Below are positions 60,604-64,000 of a stretch of 64,000 bases of DNA, piece by piece. This DNA is from Malacoraja senta. Taxonomy: Eukaryota. The stretch lies in assembly GCA_038087875.1 (NCBI GenBank), contig CM075992.1:9612001-9676000 (forward strand), given 5' to 3'. The position numbers and the translations under genes were made by a program. The notes beneath the pieces were generated by a model. The model was not told the origin of the DNA. It did not search any database and saw only the letters and a program-made list of their open reading frames with translations. The number at the start of each line of letters is the position of its first letter. The first letter of the stretch is position 1.

Positions 60604-61324
60604 GGGTGTCATGGTACACCAGTCATTGAAAGTAGGCATGCAGGTGCAGCAGGCAGTGAAGAAAGCAAATGGTATGTTAGCATTCATAGCAAAAGGATTT
60701 GAGTATAGGAGCAGGGAGGTTCTACTGCAGTTGGACAGGGTCTTGGTGAGACCACACCTGGAGTAATGCATACAGTTTTGGTCTCCTAATCTGAGGAAAG
60801 ACATTCTTGCCATAGAGGGAGTACAGAGAAGGTTCACCAGACTAATTCCTGGGATGTCAGGACTTTCATATGAAGAAAGACTGGATAGACTCGGCTTGTA
60901 CTCGCTAGAATTTAGAAGATTGAGAGGGGATCTTATAGAAACTTACAAAATTCTTAAGGGGTTGAACAGGGTAGATGCAGGAAGATTGTTCCCGATGTTG
61001 GGGAAGTCCAGAATAAGGGGTTACAGTTTAAGGATAAGGGGGAAGTCTTTTAGGACCGAGATGAGAAAAACATTTTTCACACGGAGAGTGGTGAATCTGT
61101 GGAATTCTCTGCCACAGAAGGTAGTTGAGTTCAGTTCATTGGCTATATTTAAGAGGGATTTAGATGTGGCCCTTGTGGCTAAAGGGATCAGGGGGTATGG
61201 AGAGAAGGCATGTACAGGATACTGAGTTGGATTATCAGCCATGATCATATTGAATGGCGGTGCAGGCTCGAAGGGCCGAATGGCCTACTCCTGTACCTAT
61301 TATCTATATTTCTATGTTTCTATG
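60604..61324 (+). mobile_element. Young CR1 3' fragment inserted in the BEL integrase region
   Basis: ORF 60854..61225 is near-identical to 34309..34944; tttctatg tail. Confidence 0.92.
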
Positions 61325-61483
61325 AAACGTCTTCCTCTATGTCCAATCAACTCATGGATGTGTTGTAACAGTAATGTTGAAATGTGAAAATCCTTCATAA
61401 GAATAACAGGATCTTTAACAATAAAGTTCATCGTTAGGTTTGATTTAATGTCCGGATCATTAGCAGAGATTTCAAATCCCAGC

Positions 61484-63991
61484 TCAAGCTTTGGCCATTT
61501 CTCTGTCTGGCTTGCAGAGAGATTTTAGTTCATCCATCCATCTCTTACCGTTTAAGAAACGGTTCACTGTCAGTTCTCTGGAAACTTCATTCACTGAATT
61601 TTCTTTCGTGTTAACATATTTCAATTGTACAACATTAGTAACTCCCAATGCTCTTTCCATGGGCAGATTGTCTTTGTCCAAATCCAACTCTCTGGTTTCT
61701 TTGGCTCTATCATCTAGTGGAATGCTTTCACAATTGTCGCTGTTCCACTTGGAAAGTGTGAATCCTCCCTTATTGCAAAGAGAAGTCAGATGTTCTGCTG
61801 GTAGAATTGCTTCCTGCTCAGGAGACATGGATTTTGAGCAATCATCCTTGTGGAAATTATTCTTCAAAGAGATTCTTAATTCATGAAATTTGGTATTCTC
61901 CCCAAACTTGCGTTTCAAAGTCTGGGTACGTTGCTCTGCCATACGACAATTATACGGCAGATTAACACTTTCTTGTTTGAAAGGTAAGTCCACACAATAG
62001 TGTCCGTCAGTTTTCACTGAGTAGTTCTTAATTCCCATGAACTTCAACTCTTCTTTCAACATCTCATCAGATTCCTTGCTGGTACTTTCATTGAAGTCAT
62101 GATTGTATTGCTTCATCACCGGCCTTTCTAATACATCAGTAGATATTTGATTAACAGCAATGGCAGGACAGTTCTTCTGATTTCCGATTTCGTGGTTCCT
62201 TTTCAAGGAGCCACAGATAACACGTCCAAGTCGGGTTTTCGTAGCATACGGTCCATCGCCTTGGCTCCTAACAATCTGTATAGGTTCCAACGCCTTCAAA
62301 ACATTCATTCCAATAAGTAGATCAACATTAGAATTTATTTCAGATATCATGACATCCTTCAGGTAAGGCCATTGCTTCAAGTCTTCATGTCTTGGTATAT
62401 TTTGACGACCAACAGGCATAGTTCCATGCGTAAACACCAGACATTGGTATGAAATTATCTTCATCCAAACTGGATATCTCCATACTTGTAATACAATGAC
62501 TCATGCTCTCTTTATCTTTAGTCATGGTACGTAATCTAAACTTAGTCTCTTCTCCTGTGATATTCAGCCTTCTTGTCAGGTTTTCTGTGCAAAAGGTAGT
62601 CGAACTTCCATGATCCAGAAAAGCATATGTTTGCAACACTGTATTCGTCTTATTATTCCTTACCTGTACTGGTAAGATAGAAAAATTACAAGCTTCTACC
62701 CTGGCCCCAATATGAGCAGTTACTTGAGACAAGGTGATAGCATTTCTAGTAGTTGGCTTCTCGCCCTGTTCTGTTTGCTCCGGTTCATCTTCTTCTATTT
62801 GCTCTGGTATTTCATCATCCGTTTGTTCCAGTTCTTCTTCTTCCCAGTGCTCTGGTAGCTCTTCTTTAATGTGAAGTGCTTCAGGATGATATTGCTTGCA
62901 CTCATAACAAATTATAGGACACTTACAGTCTCTCACCATATGCCCTTTTTTCAAACATCCAAAACAGATTCCCTTCTTTTTCAAGAAATCCATCTTATCT
63001 TCATATTCTTTCATCTTGAATCTTCAACACCATCTTATGGTGCGACCAACTTCATCACATAACAAACAAAATACTATTTGCTTGCTAGTAGACACATTAC
63101 TTTTTATTCCATCTGTCGTTTCCACAGGTATGGTTGTGATAGCCAAATTACTTCTCTCAGATATTTCTTCAGTTTTGGAAAAGGTAGAACCTTTGTTAGT
63201 TGCAATCGGTTTGTAATCTTCAATAGTCCAGTGTGGTTCTAACATGTTTTCTACTTCCCTGTCCCAAAATTTCTCCAGGTCTGGTAGTCTGGCTCCTTGC
63301 TTCTTTTCATCTCTAATTTTGCCTGTTTCTCCACTTTTCTCTCAGTCTTGTGGGCAACTTGTTCAAGATGATTCTAGTATTACTCGGAAGATTCATTTCT
63401 TCCATGCGGCCGAGATTTATCATCGAGCTGCAACAATTTCTCATAAATATTGCATAATCGCTCAATGCTTTCCCATCTTCCGGCTTGATTCCTTTCCAAG
63501 CATGGGCCTTCTCCATGTGTGCGTTAGCAATCCTGTGTTCTTCACCAAAATGTTCTTTAAGTAATCTTCTCGCCTTTTTATAGCCATGGCTGCCTGGCTC
63601 TTTCTGACAACTTTCCACAAGCTCTTTCACACTTCCACTTGTTTACTTCACCAGAAATCGTAAGCGCTCTTTTTCATCCATAACTTTCGTTTCTAATATT
63701 TCTTCTAATGCTTTTACGAAAGCTTCATACTGCAAAGGACCTCCACCATACGTAGGAATTTCTGCCGGTGGCAGAATGAGAGGTATTTTGTCGAGCTATA
63801 AATTCAGTTTGATTTTTCACCAATGCCAATAACCCATCCTGGTATCCTTGGCTTGGATCTACTGGTTGATAAACAGGCCTTTGTGATTCAAACTGAATTG
63901 CTCGAGCCTGTGCACCAGGCCTCGAAAAAGCGTGGTCCGCTATTGGTTTGTCTCGAGCATCCACAGACGCTCCAAGTGTAATTTGTTTCAA
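61484..63991 (-). pseudogene. BEL/Pao gag-protease-pol remnant, frameshifted, RT core largely deleted
   Basis: Consecutive ORFs 63725, 63313, 63024, 62385 and 61484; the sequence jumps from the pre-RT region to the DD/GGF.L.KW, ERALG and YVNT.EN motifs. Confidence 0.85.
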
Positions 63992-64000
63992 TCTAGCACT

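Larger units (their letters stand above)
59681..64000 (-). mobile_element. BEL/Pao LTR retrotransposon remnant (continues beyond the window)
   Basis: gag zinc knuckles CFGCLKKGHMVRDC..CYECKQYH; protease AFLDHGSSTTF; DLLIG...GPYATKTRLG; HYCVDLPFK; ERALG; integrase end GLV.TV....RLITKLCLLLE near 60460-60540. Confidence 0.9.

Overview
Eukaryotic, transposon-saturated vertebrate DNA, most likely from an elasmobranch (skate/ray/shark). That assignment is inferred from about 20 HE1-type V-SINEs sharing a 3' tail with abundant CR1/HER1-like LINE fragments. No intact host protein-coding gene is supported, and almost every ORF in the track is a TE fragment or antisense noise. Main contents: a structurally complete but coding-decayed DIRS1-type tyrosine-recombinase retrotransposon (10990-16175, -) with ITRs, ICR and an 8-bp core repeat; a Penelope-like element (RT + GIY-YIG) with inverted pLTRs, plus many dispersed pLTR copies carrying a minimal hammerhead-ribozyme core; a BEL/Pao LTR element remnant with its 3' LTR (59681 to beyond 64000); a Gypsy remnant with an abnormally long 31-nt tRNA-Leu PBS fused directly to integrase; five PIF/Harbinger MITEs with TAA/TTA TSDs; two copies of an unclassified TAG...CTA TIR DNA transposon, one carrying a Tudor/Spindlin-like coding remnant; a probable non-autonomous Helitron; two young CORE-like SINEs with L2-type tails; fragments of Rex1/Babar, Tx1 and Ingi/Vingi-like LINEs; two 200-N gaps; and a few short unique islands that may be regulatory or exonic. 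Repeat boundaries were read by eye and are approximate unless a TSD or TIR is quoted.
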